64,000 nt of DNA from an uncultured Actinomycetota bacterium (GCA_963770955.1 CAVYRK010000011.1:650745-714744), one strand, 5' to 3'; positions 45,753 to 58,568 are shown, numbered from the stretch's first letter. Numbers and translations: made by a program. Notes: generated by a model not told the origin, from the letters alone.

Positions 45753-47251
45753 TCAGTCCCCCTGGTCGACGTCCCAGCGCAGGGACCGTTCGACGGCGCG
45801 CCGCCAGGTCCGGTACAGGCCGTCCGCACGCTCCGGGTCGGCGGGGGAGAAGCGGGCGCCGCTGATGTCCGGCGCGGAGACGTCGGCGGCAGACCACACG
45901 CCCTCCGCCAGTCCGGCCAGTCGCGCGGCCCCCATCGCCGTCGTCTCCAGCACGACGGCGCGCCGGACGGGAGTTCGCAACAGGTCCGCCTGGAACTGGA
46001 GCAGCAGGTCCATGACGGCGGCGCCCCCGTCGACACGGAGCTCGGGCACGGCCAACCCCGATTCCTTTCGCATCAGGTCGAGGACGTCGCGGATCTGGAA
46101 CGCGATGGCCTCGACCGTCGCCCGCGCGAGGTGCGCGCGCGTCGTGCCGCGGGTGAGCCCGATGATCGTCCCGCGGGCATGCGGGTCCCACCACGGCGCG
46201 CCGAGGCCGGTGAGGGCGGGGACGAACACGACCCCGCCGCTGTCGGGGACGGACGCCGCGAGCGGACCCGTCTCCGAGGCGTCCCGGATGATCCCCAGGC
46301 CGTCGCGCAGCCACTGGATGGCCGAGCCCGAGACGAACACCGAGCCCTCCAGCGCGTAGGCGGGTTCGTCGCCGCGTCGAGCAGGCCATCGTCGTGAGCA
46401 TCCCGGTCTCGGAGCGCACCGCCTCCGTTCCGGTGTGCATCAGCACGAACGAGCCCGTTCCGTACGTGTTCTTGGTGTCGCCCGCGCGAACGCATGCCTG
46501 GCCGAACAGCGACGCCTGCTGGTCGCCGGCGATGCCCGACACGGGGATGGCGGCGCCCAGGAACACGTCGGGGTCCGTGGCGGCGAAGCGGCCGCACGAG
46601 GGCAGCACGTCGGGGAGCAGCGCGGCGGGGATGCGCAAGCGGTCGAGCAGGTCCTCGTCCCAGGCGAGCCGGTGGATGTCGTACAGCATCGTGCGCGAGG
46701 CGTTGGTGTGGTCGGTGGCGTGGGCGCGGCCGCCGGTCAGCCGCGCCAGGAGGTAGGAGTCGACCGTCCCGAACGCGAGCCGTCCGGCGGCCGCGCCCTC
46801 CCGGGCCTCCTCCACGTGATCGAGCAGCCACGCGAGCTTCGTTCCCGAGAAGTAGGGGTCGACGACCAGGCCGGTGCGCTCGCGGATGCGTTCCTCCCAG
46901 CCCTCGTCCTTGAGGGTGTCGCACATGCCGGCCGTCCGGCGGTCCTGCCAGACGATCGCGGGGTGGACCGGGCGGAGCGTACTCCCGGTCCCACAGGACG
47001 GTGGTCTCGCGCTGGTTCGTGATCCCGACCGCGGCGAGGCCGGGGGCCGCGACGCCGGCGTCGGCCAGCGCCTGCTGGGTCGACTCGAGCAGCGCCCGCC
47101 ACCAGTCCTCGGGATCGTGCTCGACCCAGCCCGGCCGCGGAAAGGACTGTGGGAACTCGCGATAGGCCCGGGAGGCGACCGAGCCGTCCTCGCGGACGAC
47201 CATGGCCCGGACGCCGGTGGTTCCCGCATCGATGGTCAGCACCGGGGGCAT
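45753..47251 (-). pseudogene. glpK: Glycerol kinase, at least 2 frame breaks (about 46981 and about 46370-46395)
   Basis: '[12 protein letters not shown]...[15 protein letters not shown]' continues as '[17 protein letters not shown]...[10 protein letters not shown]...KNTYGTGSF', then as '[26 protein letters not shown]...VDGGA'. Confidence 0.85.
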
Positions 47252-47355
47252 CGACCCGGAGGGTATCCCAACCGGCCGCCGGGGTGGCTGCCGCGCAATC
47301 GCTCACGCGGTGTCACCTAGAATCGGCTCGTCGCGACCGTTTCGAGGGAGGGCCT

Positions 47356-48653
47356 ATGCGCCTGGGAATCCTGTGCGGCGGGGGCCCGGCTCCCGGCATG
47401 AACTCCGTGATCTCGGCCGCCACGATCGAGGCGCGCAACTCGGGGTGGGACGTGGTCGGGATCCTGGACGGGTTCTCACACCTGATCGAGGCCGACGCCT
47501 CGCACGTCCAGTCGCTCGACATCGGGGACGTGAGCCGCATCCAGCCAGACCGGCGGCTCGATCCTGTTCACCTCCCGGGCGAATCCGACGGTGCGCGACG
47601 AGTCGGCCGACGATCCCGACTGGCGGCTGCACAACGCGCTGAAGGCGCTGACCGAGTTGAAGGTCGACGCGCTGGTGACGATCGGCGGCGATGACACCTC
47701 CTTCGGTGCCGCCCAGCTGGCGCAGGGCCGCCCGCGCCTCGGGCAACCGGCTGCACGTCGCGCACGTCCCGAAGACGATCGACAACGACCTGCCGCTCCC
47801 GGCCGGGATGCCGACCTTCGGGTTCCAGACCGCGCGCCACGTCGGGACCGCGCTGGTCAGCAACCTGATGACCGACGCGATGACCACCAAGCGGTGGTAC
47901 TTCGTCGTCGCGATGGGCCGCTCGGCGGGACACCTCGCGATCGGCATCGCGAAGGCGGCCGGCACGACCGTCGCGGTCATCGGCGAGGAGTTTCCTCCAG
48001 GCGAGATCCGTCTGGCGCACGTGGCCGACATCCTGGAGACGACGCTCCTCAAGCGGATCGCGCACGGCCGCCCGTTCGGAGTGGCGATCATCGCCGAAGG
48101 GCTGTCGCTGCGGTTCTCGTCCCAGGACCTGCTGGAGGTGGCGCCGGACGTGGAGCGCGACGAGTACGGGAACGTACGCCTGGGCGAGGTGCACCTGCAC
48201 CGTGTCCTCGCCGAGGTCGTGACGAAGCGCCTGAAGGAACGCGGTCAGAAGACGAGCATCGTCGCGAAGAACATCGGCTACGAGCTCCGGTGCGCGCCGC
48301 CCATTCCGTTCGACATCGCGTACACGCGCGACCTCGGGTTCGGCGCGGTGGAGTACCTGCGCCAGCACGCGGACTCGGACGGCGGAGAGCCCGGCGCCAT
48401 GATCACGATCCAGGAGGACCACATGGTCCCGCTGCCGTTCGATGCGCTGACCGATCCCGAGACCGGCAAGACGCGCGTGCGGCAGGTGGACCTGTCCAGC
48501 AACTCGTACCGCGTCGCGAAGGAGTACATGATCCGGCTGGAGCGGGAGGACCTGGACGACCCGGCGAAGCTCGCGCCGATCGCGGCTGCGGCGAACGTCA
48601 CGCCAGACGAGTTCCGAGAGCGATTCGGCTACCTGGTGCCCGACGGAGCCTGA
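47356..48653 (+). pseudogene. 6-phosphofructokinase (GGDDT motif suggests the PPi-dependent type), at least 2 frame breaks (about 47540 and about 47735)
   Basis: 'ILCGGGPAPGMN' continues as 'QTGGSILFTSRANP...VTIGGDDTSF', then as 'NRLHVAHVPKTIDNDL...MGRSAGHLA'. Confidence 0.85.
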
Positions 48654-48674
48654 TCTCGAGGAAGGGCCGGCGTT

Positions 48675-48869
48675 CTAGCTGGGGAGCTTGTCCACGGCCG
48701 CCGCACTGAGCTTGGTGGTCGAGGCATCCAGGCGAAGACCGAACATCGCGATCCGTCCGGGGACCCAGATGCCTTCCTTCAGGACCTCGACCTTGGGTCC
48801 GGCCTCGACGGTGTCGGCGATTCGAAAGATCGTCCCCGAACGCGTCTTGTACACGCCCAGGGATGCCAT
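48675..48869 (-). CDS. Hypothetical 64-aa protein
   Basis: 'MASLGVYKTRSGTIFRIADTVEAGPKVEVLKEGIWVPGRIAMFGLRL...'. No family recognised. Confidence 0.4.
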   Translation of the reverse strand: MASLGVYKTRSGTIFRIADTVEAGPKVEVLKEGIWVPGRIAMFGLRLDASTTKLSAAAVDKLPS

Positions 48870-49042
48870 ACGGCCATTGTACCCTGCCCGTCCAGCGGGA
48901 CGAGGCGGAGGCACCCGCCGAACCCCCAAGAAGCTTGCATCGGCCCTGTTCCGGACGCAGACTTCACGGCGCAGGACCCAAGGAGGCACCGTCCGACTCG
49001 GGTCCGATCGGCCTTCCCCCATGCAGACCGAAGGAGGATCGC

Positions 49043-50269
49043 ATGCAGCCGATCAACACGGGTGACACCGCGTTCGTGCTCATCTCGGCCGCGCTGGTGG
49101 CGGTGATGACCCCCGGCCTCGCCTTCTTCTACGGGGGCCTGGTTCGAAGGAAGAACTTCCTCGCCATCGTGATGCAGAGCTTCGTCTCGATGGGGATCGT
49201 GACCGCGATCTGGGTCTCGGTGGGCTACTCGCTCGCCTTCTCCGGCAACATCGGGGGGATCATCGGGAACCTCGACTGGGCGTTCCTGCGAGGCGTCGGC
49301 GAGACCCCGGGACCGTGGGCGCCGACGATCCCGGCGCAGGCCCACTTCGTGTTCCAGGAGATGTTCGCGATCATCACCCCGGCGCTCATCACGGGAGCGT
49401 TCGCCGACCGGGTTCGGTTCAAGAGCTACCTGAAGTTCCTGGTGGCCTGGAGCCTGCTGGTCTACATCCCGCTGGTCCACTGGATCTGGGGCGGCGGATT
49501 CATGGCCAGCTGGGGCGTGGAGGACTTCGCCGGCGGGATGGTCGTGCACGCCAGCGCCGGGTTCGCGGCCCTGGCGTCGGTGTGGGTGGTCGGCGCGCGG
49601 AAGTTCGGGCCCGGCGAGAAGGTCCTGCCGCACAACGTCGCGTTCGTCGCCCTCGGAACGGGGCTCCTCTGGTTCGGGTGGTTCGGCTTCAACGGTGGCT
49701 CGGCGCTTGCGGCCAACGGCGTTGCCGCGCAGGCGTTCGTCAACACCGACATCGCCGGCTCGATCGCGATGTGCACGTGGCTGTTCATCTCGTGGAAGCG
49801 TGACGGGAAGCCGAGCCTGGTGGGCGCGTTCACCGGAGCCGTCGCCGGGCTCGCCTGCATCACGCCGTGTGCCGGGTTCGTGCCCACGTGGTCGTCGTTC
49901 ATCATCGGGATGGCCGCGGGCGCGATCTGCTACGGCGCCGTGATGTTCCGCGAGCGGAGGAAGTGGGACGACGCCCTCGACGTGTGGGGCGCGCACGGCG
50001 TCGGCGGCGTGACGGGCACGATCCTGCTCGGGGTGTTCGCGCTCTCGTCGGTGAACGTGGCCGGGTCCGACGGACTGATCGGCGGCGATGTGAAGTTCTT
50101 CGGCCTCCAGGTCGCGGCGGCCGCCATCGTCGCCGTCTACGCGTTCGTCGTGACCTGGCTGATCCTGAAGATCCTGGACCGGTTCGAGCCGGTGCGCGTC
50201 CCCGACGAGATCGAGGCGAAGGGGCTCGACTCCGAGATGCAGGAGGAGGAGGCCTACATCCTGGCCTGA
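49043..50269 (+). CDS. amt: Ammonium transporter
   Basis: AGGAGG RBS. 'DTAFVLISAALV..MTPGLAFFYGG' and 'FAGGMVVHASAG...GWFGFNGGS...DVWGAHGVGG'. Confidence 0.9.
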   Translation: MQPINTGDTAFVLISAALVAVMTPGLAFFYGGLVRRKNFLAIVMQSFVSMGIVTAIWVSVGYSLAFSGNIGGIIGNLDWAFLRGVGETPGPWAPTIPAQAHFVFQEMFAIITPALITGAFADRVRFKSYLKFLVAWSLLVYIPLVHWIWGGGFMASWGVEDFAGGMVVHASAGFAALASVWVVGARKFGPGEKVLPHNVAFVALGTGLLWFGWFGFNGGSALAANGVAAQAFVNTDIAGSIAMCTWLFISWKRDGKPSLVGAFTGAVAGLACITPCAGFVPTWSSFIIGMAAGAICYGAVMFRERRKWDDALDVWGAHGVGGVTGTILLGVFALSSVNVAGSDGLIGGDVKFFGLQVAAAAIVAVYAFVVTWLILKILDRFEPVRVPDEIEAKGLDSEMQEEEAYILA

Positions 50270-50303
50270 GCTGCCGCGGACGAGCCGCCGTACCAGGACT
50301 CGC

Positions 50304-51251
50304 CTACACCCTCGCGCGGGCGGCGAGGGCCGCCTCGTGCAGCGGCAGCAGCGCGTCCAGGATCCTGCGGTTGGCAGGCGTCGGGATGCCGGCCGCCTCG
50401 CCGAACCGGACGATGGCCCCGTTCAGCCATGGGACCTCGAGGGGCCGGCCCGCCTCGACGTCGCGGCACATCGAGGCCTTCAACTCGGGCCGCAGCACCT
50501 CATCGATGTACTGCAGGACCGTCAGGACCGGTGCCGGCACGGGGAACCTCACCCCGCGGGCATCGGCCACGGCCCGCACCTCGGCGGCAATCGACTCCAT
50601 CAGCGGCCGCAGGACGGGGTCGGTGCGGCCCTGCCCGATGGGGCATCGGCAGTACGCGGTGATCCCCGCGACGCAGCAGATGCTCATCATCTTGAACCAC
50701 AACTCGGACTCGATGTCGTCGCTCGCCTCGAACACGACGGGCGTCCCGGCGAAGGCGGCGCCGAGCGCATCTACGGCGGGACGGTCCTCCGCCCGGAACG
50801 CGCCCACGACCAGCCGGTTGTTCGGCCCGCGCTGCCGGAAGTCGCCCGGGCCTTCCTTCCAGCCCTCGACCCGCGCGACGCCGCCGAGGATCGCGGCGTG
50901 CGGGAACCGCACCCGAAGGAAGTCGACGCTCTCGACCCCGTTCTGCACCGACGTGATCGACGTGCCGCTCGCGACCGACGGGGCGATCCTGTCCGCCATC
51001 GCGTCGATGTCGTACATCTTCACGGAGAAGAGCACGGCGTCCACCGGCCCGTCGATCTCGTCCGCGTCCGGGACCGCGCGCACGGGATGCAGGTCGAGGT
51101 CGCCGAAATCGCTCCGCAGCAGCAACCCTCGCTCGCGGAGCGCGGAGAGGTTCTCGCCGCGGGCGAGGAACCACACGTCGTTGCCGGCCTGCTGCAACCT
51201 GGCCCCGAAGTACCCGCCCAGGCCGCCGGTGCCCGCGATCAGGACCCTCAT
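50304..51251 (-). CDS. panE: 2-dehydropantoate 2-reductase family protein
   Basis: 'MRVLIAGTGGLGGYFGARL'. ApbA/PanE C-terminal domain ending in 'PLEVPWLNGAIV'. Confidence 0.8.
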   Translation of the reverse strand: MRVLIAGTGGLGGYFGARLQQAGNDVWFLARGENLSALRERGLLLRSDFGDLDLHPVRAVPDADEIDGPVDAVLFSVKMYDIDAMADRIAPSVASGTSITSVQNGVESVDFLRVRFPHAAILGGVARVEGWKEGPGDFRQRGPNNRLVVGAFRAEDRPAVDALGAAFAGTPVVFEASDDIESELWFKMMSICCVAGITAYCRCPIGQGRTDPVLRPLMESIAAEVRAVADARGVRFPVPAPVLTVLQYIDEVLRPELKASMCRDVEAGRPLEVPWLNGAIVRFGEAAGIPTPANRRILDALLPLHEAALAARARV

Positions 51252-51275
51252 CGGGCGGCCACTATACTCGCGGCC

Positions 51276-52328
51276 ATGCCCCGCCTCATCGACCTTCGCA
51301 GCGACACCGTCACCAGGCCGTCCGATGCCATGCGCGCGGCGATGGCGGCCGCGGACGTCGGCGACGACTGGTACGGCGACGACCCCACGGTCAACCGCCT
51401 GCAGGACGCCGCGGCCGAGGCCGTCGGCACGGAGGACGCCCTGTACGTCGCGACCGGCACGATGGGGAACCAGATCGCCATGCACGCGCAGACGCGCGCG
51501 GGGCACTTCGTGGTCGCCGAACGGGACTCGCACGTCGCGACGACCGAGGTCTCGACCTCGGCGATCCTGTCCGCCATCGCGTTCCACGGGCTGCCCAGCG
51601 CGGACGGCCGGCCGACGTCCGCCCAGGTTCGCGAGGCCCTCGAGCCCGATCCCTTCGACGTCGAGATCGTCGACCTGTTGTCCCTGGAGAACACCCACCA
51701 GGCGGCCGGCGGGGTGCCATGGGGCGTCGACGAGTTCCGCGCCGTGACCGACGTCGCGCGCGAGCGCGGCGTGCGAGTCCACCTCGACGGCGCGCGCCTG
51801 TTCAACGCGTGCGCGGCCACCGGCGCACAGGCCACCGACTACACGGCCAACGTCGACACCGTCATGTTCTGCCTGTCCAAGGGGCTCGGGGCCCCGATCG
51901 GCTCGATGGTGTGCGGGACGAAGGACTTCATCCGCGAAGCGAAGCGGACGCGCATCCTGATCGGCGGCGCGTGGCGCCAGGCCGGGATCATGGCGGCCGC
52001 GGGGCTGATCGCGCTGCGCGACGGCCCGCGGAGGCTGCACGAGGATCACGCGAACGCGAGGCGCCTGGCGGAGGGCATCGCGGAGGCGACGCCCGGAGCG
52101 ATCGACCCGGCAACGGTGCAGACGAACATCCTGTACCTGGACACGGAGGCAGTCGGGATCAGCGGCCTGGAGGTACGCGACCGCCTTCGCGACGCCGGTG
52201 TCCTGTCGAACGCGCTCGGCATAAAGGTCCGCCTGGTGACCAACCTGGACGTCAGCACGCAGGACGTCGAGGAGGCCATCACGGTGTGGCGCAAGGTCGC
52301 CGAGGATGCGGGATCGGCCGGTCGGTGA
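51276..52328 (+). CDS. ltaE: Low-specificity L-threonine aldolase
   Basis: 'DLRSDTVTRP...GDDWYGDDPT...TGTMGNQ...CLSKGLGAPIGS'. Confidence 0.85.
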   Translation: MPRLIDLRSDTVTRPSDAMRAAMAAADVGDDWYGDDPTVNRLQDAAAEAVGTEDALYVATGTMGNQIAMHAQTRAGHFVVAERDSHVATTEVSTSAILSAIAFHGLPSADGRPTSAQVREALEPDPFDVEIVDLLSLENTHQAAGGVPWGVDEFRAVTDVARERGVRVHLDGARLFNACAATGAQATDYTANVDTVMFCLSKGLGAPIGSMVCGTKDFIREAKRTRILIGGAWRQAGIMAAAGLIALRDGPRRLHEDHANARRLAEGIAEATPGAIDPATVQTNILYLDTEAVGISGLEVRDRLRDAGVLSNALGIKVRLVTNLDVSTQDVEEAITVWRKVAEDAGSAGR

Positions 52329-52948
52329 GCCTGTTCGGCAACAAGTACCCGCCCGAGGTGGCGGCGCGCGTCCCTCCCGGGCAGCGGCTGGTGAAGACGT
52401 GGCCGATCCTGCACTTCGGCGGCGTCCCGCGCTTCGACGAGGCGAAGTGGGACTTCCAGGTGACCGGCCTGGTCGAGAACCCCTACACCCTGTCGTATGC
52501 GGAGCTGAAAGCGCTCGGCCCGCAGACCGTCCACGCGGACATGCACTGCGTGACGGGCTGGACGACACTCGACAACGACTGGGAGGGAATCCCGCTCCGC
52601 GTCCTGGCGGAGAAGGCGATGCCGAAGCCCGAGGCGCAGTGGGTGATCACGCACTGCGATGGCGGCTACACGTCCGACCTGTCGCTCGAGGCGATGCTGG
52701 ACGACGACGTGCTGGTCGCGTGGGGCCATGGCGGCGAGCCGCTGGAGCCCGACCACGGGTTCCCCCTCCGGCTCGTCGTCCCGAAGCGCTACGCCTGGAA
52801 GAGCGCGAAGTGGCTGCGCGGCCTGGAGTTCAGCGACCGGAACACGCGGGGGTTCTGGGAGGAGCGCGGCTACCACATCCACGCCGACCCCTGGCGCGAG
52901 GAGCGGTACTCGTACCAGGAGGAACCGGGCTCGGACACCGAGGCCTGA
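52325..52948 (+). CDS. Sulfite-oxidase-family molybdopterin-binding domain protein
   Basis: 'WDFQVTGLVENPYTLSYAEL...ADMHCVTGWT...GFPLRLVVPKRYAWKSAKWL'. GTGA overlap with ltaE. Confidence 0.8.
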   Translation: MSLFGNKYPPEVAARVPPGQRLVKTWPILHFGGVPRFDEAKWDFQVTGLVENPYTLSYAELKALGPQTVHADMHCVTGWTTLDNDWEGIPLRVLAEKAMPKPEAQWVITHCDGGYTSDLSLEAMLDDDVLVAWGHGGEPLEPDHGFPLRLVVPKRYAWKSAKWLRGLEFSDRNTRGFWEERGYHIHADPWREERYSYQEEPGSDTEA

Positions 52949-53023
52949 CGCCCTTCACCGTCGGCCCCTCGCGCTGGGCATCGGCGTTCGGTACGATGCG
53001 GCCGGTTCGACCGGGGAGGATCG

Positions 53024-53539
53024 TTGAGCGACTCCACAGTCCCGCAGGCGACGCCGAACGACGTGAAGTTCTGCCCGGCGTGCGCCGAGCAGATCAAGGC
53101 CGCGGCTATCGTCTGCCGCTACTGCGGCTACGACTTCCGAACGGGAACCATCGGCGCGGCGGGTGCCCCACTCGGCCCACCGCCCGAGTTTTCACCACAA
53201 CCGCCCCCCGCCGCTCCCGCGGGTCCGGTCGCCCCCGGGTTCCCGCAGCCCGCGAGCCCGGTCCAGCCCGTGTACGTGCAGGCGACGCCGAGGACCAACG
53301 GCCTGTCGATCGCGTCGCTCGTCCTCGGGATCGTCGGGTTGCTGCTGTTCGTCCTGTTCATGATCGTGCCGATCCTGGCCGTGGTCTTCGGAGTCGCGGG
53401 GCTCAATCAGATCGGGACCTCCGGCGGGATGCAGACGGGGAAGGGACTGGCGATCGCGGGGATCGTGCTGGGAGCGATCGAGATCGTGTTCTTCCTGCTC
53501 GCCGTCTCGACGGGGAACTTCTACTTCCACATGGGCTGA
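53024..53539 (+). CDS. Zinc-ribbon / DUF4190-like membrane protein
   Basis: 'KFCPACAEQIKAAAIVCRYCG', a Pro-rich linker, then two TM helices 'GLSIASLVLGIVGLLLF...'. Confidence 0.7.
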   Translation: MSDSTVPQATPNDVKFCPACAEQIKAAAIVCRYCGYDFRTGTIGAAGAPLGPPPEFSPQPPPAAPAGPVAPGFPQPASPVQPVYVQATPRTNGLSIASLVLGIVGLLLFVLFMIVPILAVVFGVAGLNQIGTSGGMQTGKGLAIAGIVLGAIEIVFFLLAVSTGNFYFHMG

Positions 53540-53542
53540 CGC

Positions 53543-55385
<1,843 letters not shown>

Positions 55386-55517
55386 TCGCGCCTCTCGGGG
55401 AAATCGGGTAACGGCGCCTGCAAGGCATTCTAGGGGGCCACCATGCCCTCCGCACGGAAGACGGGCCGGGCGCGGGACGGGTTTCCGCAGGCCTGCGATA
55501 GGATCTCCCGACAAGAA

Positions 55518-55620
55518 GAACGACCGGGGAGCTCGGGACAACCGGGCTGAGAGGCCGGCTGGAGAGGCGCCGGCGACCCGACTGGGACCTGATCCGGGTA
55601 ATGCCGGCGAAGGGAGACCG
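55518..55620 (+). promoter_or_regulatory. TPP (THI-box) riboswitch
   Basis: 'ccggggagc...CTGAGA...ACCC...ACCTGATCCGGGTAATGCCGGCGAAGGGA' lies immediately 5' of thiG. Confidence 0.85.
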
Positions 55621-55621
55621 C

Positions 55622-56434
55622 ATGGGTTCGAACGGCGAGAGCACCGCCGCGCTCGCCGATCCGCTGGTGATCGCAGGCCGGAGCTTCGGCTCGCGGCTGA
55701 TCGTGGGGACGGGGAAGTTCGGCTCGTTCGAGGTGATGCGCGACGCCATCGCCGCATCCGACACCGAGATGGTGACGGTGGCCCTCCGGCGTGTCGACCT
55801 GGAGGCGACCGGCGGCCCGGACATCCTGGAGTACCTGGACGCCGACCGGTACCTGTTGCTGCCGAACACCTCGGGGGCGGTGGACGCCGAGGAGGCCGTG
55901 CGGATCGCCCGTCTCGCGCGGGCAGCCGGGCTGCCGGCATGGATCAAGCTCGAGGTCACGCCCGAGCCCCGCTACCTGCTGCCCGACCCGGTCGAGACGC
56001 TCCGCGCGGCCGAGCGGCTGGTCGCCGACGGCTTCACCGTGCTGCCGTACCTGAACGCCGACCCCGTCCTGGCCAAGCGGCTGGAGGAGGCCGGTTGCGC
56101 CACGGTGATGCCGCTCGGGTCGTGGATCGGGTCGAACCAGGGCGTGCGGACGCGTGACGCCGTTCGGATCATCGTCGAGCAGGCCACGGTGCCGGTCGTC
56201 GTCGACGCCGGGCTCGGCGCGCCGTCGCACGCGGCCGAGGCGATGGAGCTGGGGGCCGACGCGGTGCTGGTGAACACGGCGATCGCCGTCGCGGGCGACC
56301 CGGTGGAGATGGCGCGCGCCTTCGCTGCGGGCGTCGTCGCGGGCCGTCGCGGGTTTCTCGCCGGACGGGCACCCGAGCGGATGGAGGCCGAGGCGTCGAG
56401 CCCGCTGACCGGGTTCCTGGAGCGAAGCCCGTGA
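55622..56434 (+). CDS. thiG: Thiazole synthase
   Basis: 'RLIVGTGKF...LPNT.G...[13 protein letters not shown]...VLVNTAIA'. Confidence 0.9.
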   Translation: MGSNGESTAALADPLVIAGRSFGSRLIVGTGKFGSFEVMRDAIAASDTEMVTVALRRVDLEATGGPDILEYLDADRYLLLPNTSGAVDAEEAVRIARLARAAGLPAWIKLEVTPEPRYLLPDPVETLRAAERLVADGFTVLPYLNADPVLAKRLEEAGCATVMPLGSWIGSNQGVRTRDAVRIIVEQATVPVVVDAGLGAPSHAAEAMELGADAVLVNTAIAVAGDPVEMARAFAAGVVAGRRGFLAGRAPERMEAEASSPLTGFLERSP

Positions 56435-56533
56435 CGCGGCGGGCTGGAGCTTCGCGATCACCCCGCCGACCGGCACGGGCGGGGGTTCCTCGATCCGCAG
56501 CCGAGGGAGACGTTCGCGGAAGAGCTGGCGCGG

Positions 56534-57661
56534 GTGCCCGTCGGCGCGCTGCTCGAACGTTCCCGCGGTGCGTCCTCCGGCGAGGTCGATCGAGTCCTCG
56601 GCCGCCGGCCGCAGGAGCGGACGCTGGAGGACTTCGCGACGCTGCTGTCGCCGGCAGCGGGGGAACGGCTCGAGGAGATGGCCGTCGCGTCGCGGCGGCT
56701 CACCCTGGCGCGGTTCGGGCGGACCATGCACCTGTACGCGCCGCTCTACCTGTCGAACGAGTGCCTGACGACGTGCGTGTACTGCGGGTTCGCCCGCGAG
56801 CTGCCGATCGCCCGGAAGACGCTGACGCCGGACGAGACGTTGCAGGAGGCGCGGCACCTGGTGCGTGAGGGGTTCCGGTCGGTGCTGTTGCTCACCGGGG
56901 AACACGAGCGTCTGACCGGCGTGGAGTTCCTGGAGGAACGGCTGCGCCTGCTGGCGGACGAGGTGCCGTCGCTGTCGATCGAGGTCCAGGTGTGGAGCGA
57001 GGGCGAGTACCGGCGCCTGGCCGAGGCGGGGTGCGAGGGCGTGGTCGTGTACCAGGAGACGTATCACCCGGAGACGTACCGCCGCGTGCACCTGGCCGGT
57101 CGCAAGCGCCACTTCGAGTGGAGGCTGCTGGGACCGGAGCGCGCGGCGCGGGCCGGCATGCGGCGGGTGGGTATCGGGGCGTTGCTCGGGTTGCACGGCG
57201 ACTGGCGGTACGAGGCGATCGCGGTCGCCGCGCACGCGCGATTCCTCATGCGGCACTACTGGCGGTCGCAGGTCGCCGTGAGTGTGCCGCGCCTGCGGCC
57301 CTCACCGGCCGGGTGGCAGCCGGAGGACCCGGTGGGCGATCGCGACCTCACCCAGTTGGTGTGCGCGCTGCGGCTCGCGGCGCCCGACGCCGGAATCGTG
57401 CTGTCCACCAGGGAATCCGCCGAGCTGCGCGACGGCCTGTTCCGCGTCGGCGTCACCCACGTGAGCGCCGGCTCGCACACCGAGCCGGGCGGGTACGAGC
57501 ACCCGGAGGAAGCCACCGGGCAGTTCGAGGTGGCGGACCTCCGCTCGCCGGCCGACGTGGCCGCCCGCCTCCGCGCGCTCGGGTACGACCCCGTGTGGGA
57601 GGACCCGGCGCTGGTGTCGGCCGGGGCCGAGCGGCGGCTACGGCGCGCAGACGCGGAGTGA
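56534..57661 (+). CDS. thiH: 2-iminoacetate synthase (tyrosine lyase, radical SAM)
   Basis: 'LYLSNECLTTCVYCGF' is the CX3CX2C cluster. 375 aa. The GTG start is tentative. Confidence 0.85.
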   Translation: MPVGALLERSRGASSGEVDRVLGRRPQERTLEDFATLLSPAAGERLEEMAVASRRLTLARFGRTMHLYAPLYLSNECLTTCVYCGFARELPIARKTLTPDETLQEARHLVREGFRSVLLLTGEHERLTGVEFLEERLRLLADEVPSLSIEVQVWSEGEYRRLAEAGCEGVVVYQETYHPETYRRVHLAGRKRHFEWRLLGPERAARAGMRRVGIGALLGLHGDWRYEAIAVAAHARFLMRHYWRSQVAVSVPRLRPSPAGWQPEDPVGDRDLTQLVCALRLAAPDAGIVLSTRESAELRDGLFRVGVTHVSAGSHTEPGGYEHPEEATGQFEVADLRSPADVAARLRALGYDPVWEDPALVSAGAERRLRRADAE

Positions 57662-57665
57662 GGCG

Positions 57666-58568
57666 ATGCGCGTGACGGCGAACGGCCACGAGTTCGACAT
57701 CGCGGACGGCACGACCGTGGCCGCCTTCATCCGCCAACGATCGCTCGATCCGCGTTCCGTCGTCGTCGAACGCAACGGTGAGGCCGTCGAGCGTGCCCGG
57801 TACGACGACCTGCGTCTGGAGCCCGGCGACCGGCTCGAGCTGGTGCGGGCCGTGGCCGGCGGCAGCGGCGAGGGCGAGACCGTCCTGTCGGAGCCGGCCG
57901 CGCCCTCGTCGCTCGGGGAGTGGCGCCGGCGCCGTCTGGCCGCGGCACGCCTGTACGTGGTGACCGATGCCCGGCGGGAGCAGGACGACCTGGCCGAGTT
58001 CCTGGAGGAGATCCTCGATGCCGGTGTCGACGTCGTGCAGCTCCGCGAGAAGGACGCAGAGGCCGGCGACCTGCTGGGGTGGGCCGCGATCTTTCGCGAG
58101 GCTGCGGAGCGGCATCAGGCACTGTTCTTCGTGAACGATCGCCCGGACGTGGCGCTCGCGTGTGGCGCCGACGGGGTGCACGTCGGGCAGAACGACCTGC
58201 CGCCGGCGTTCGTGCGCGGCCTCGTCGGGGAGGACGTCCTGATCGGGCTGTCGACGCACGACGCCGAGCAGTTCGCGAGCGCGGCGCCGGAGGCGGACCA
58301 CCTGTGCGCCGGACCCGTCCACGCGACGCCGACCAAGCCCGGGCGCCCGGCCACCGGATTGGAGTTCATCTCGTTCGCGGCGGCGCGGGAGGCGGCCGGC
58401 GAAGAGCTCCGGCCGTGGTTCGCGATCGGCGGCATCGATCGCGCCACGCTTCCCGATGTCGTCCAGGCCGGAGCGCGGCGGATCGTGGTCGTGCGCGCGG
58501 TGACGGAGTCCGACGATCCGACCGGCGCCGTCGAGGCGCTGCGTCGAGGCCTGGCCGCGAGCGACTGA
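57666..58568 (+). CDS. thiE: ThiS (sulfur carrier) fused in frame to thiamine-phosphate synthase ThiE
   Basis: Residues 1-66 end in '...LELVRAVAGG' (ThiS length and GG terminus). A linker of about 30 aa follows, then 'LYVVTD...VQLREK...VNDR...HVGQND...GPVHATPTKPG...AIGGI'. Confidence 0.85.
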   Translation: MRVTANGHEFDIADGTTVAAFIRQRSLDPRSVVVERNGEAVERARYDDLRLEPGDRLELVRAVAGGSGEGETVLSEPAAPSSLGEWRRRRLAAARLYVVTDARREQDDLAEFLEEILDAGVDVVQLREKDAEAGDLLGWAAIFREAAERHQALFFVNDRPDVALACGADGVHVGQNDLPPAFVRGLVGEDVLIGLSTHDAEQFASAAPEADHLCAGPVHATPTKPGRPATGLEFISFAAAREAAGEELRPWFAIGGIDRATLPDVVQAGARRIVVVRAVTESDDPTGAVEALRRGLAASD

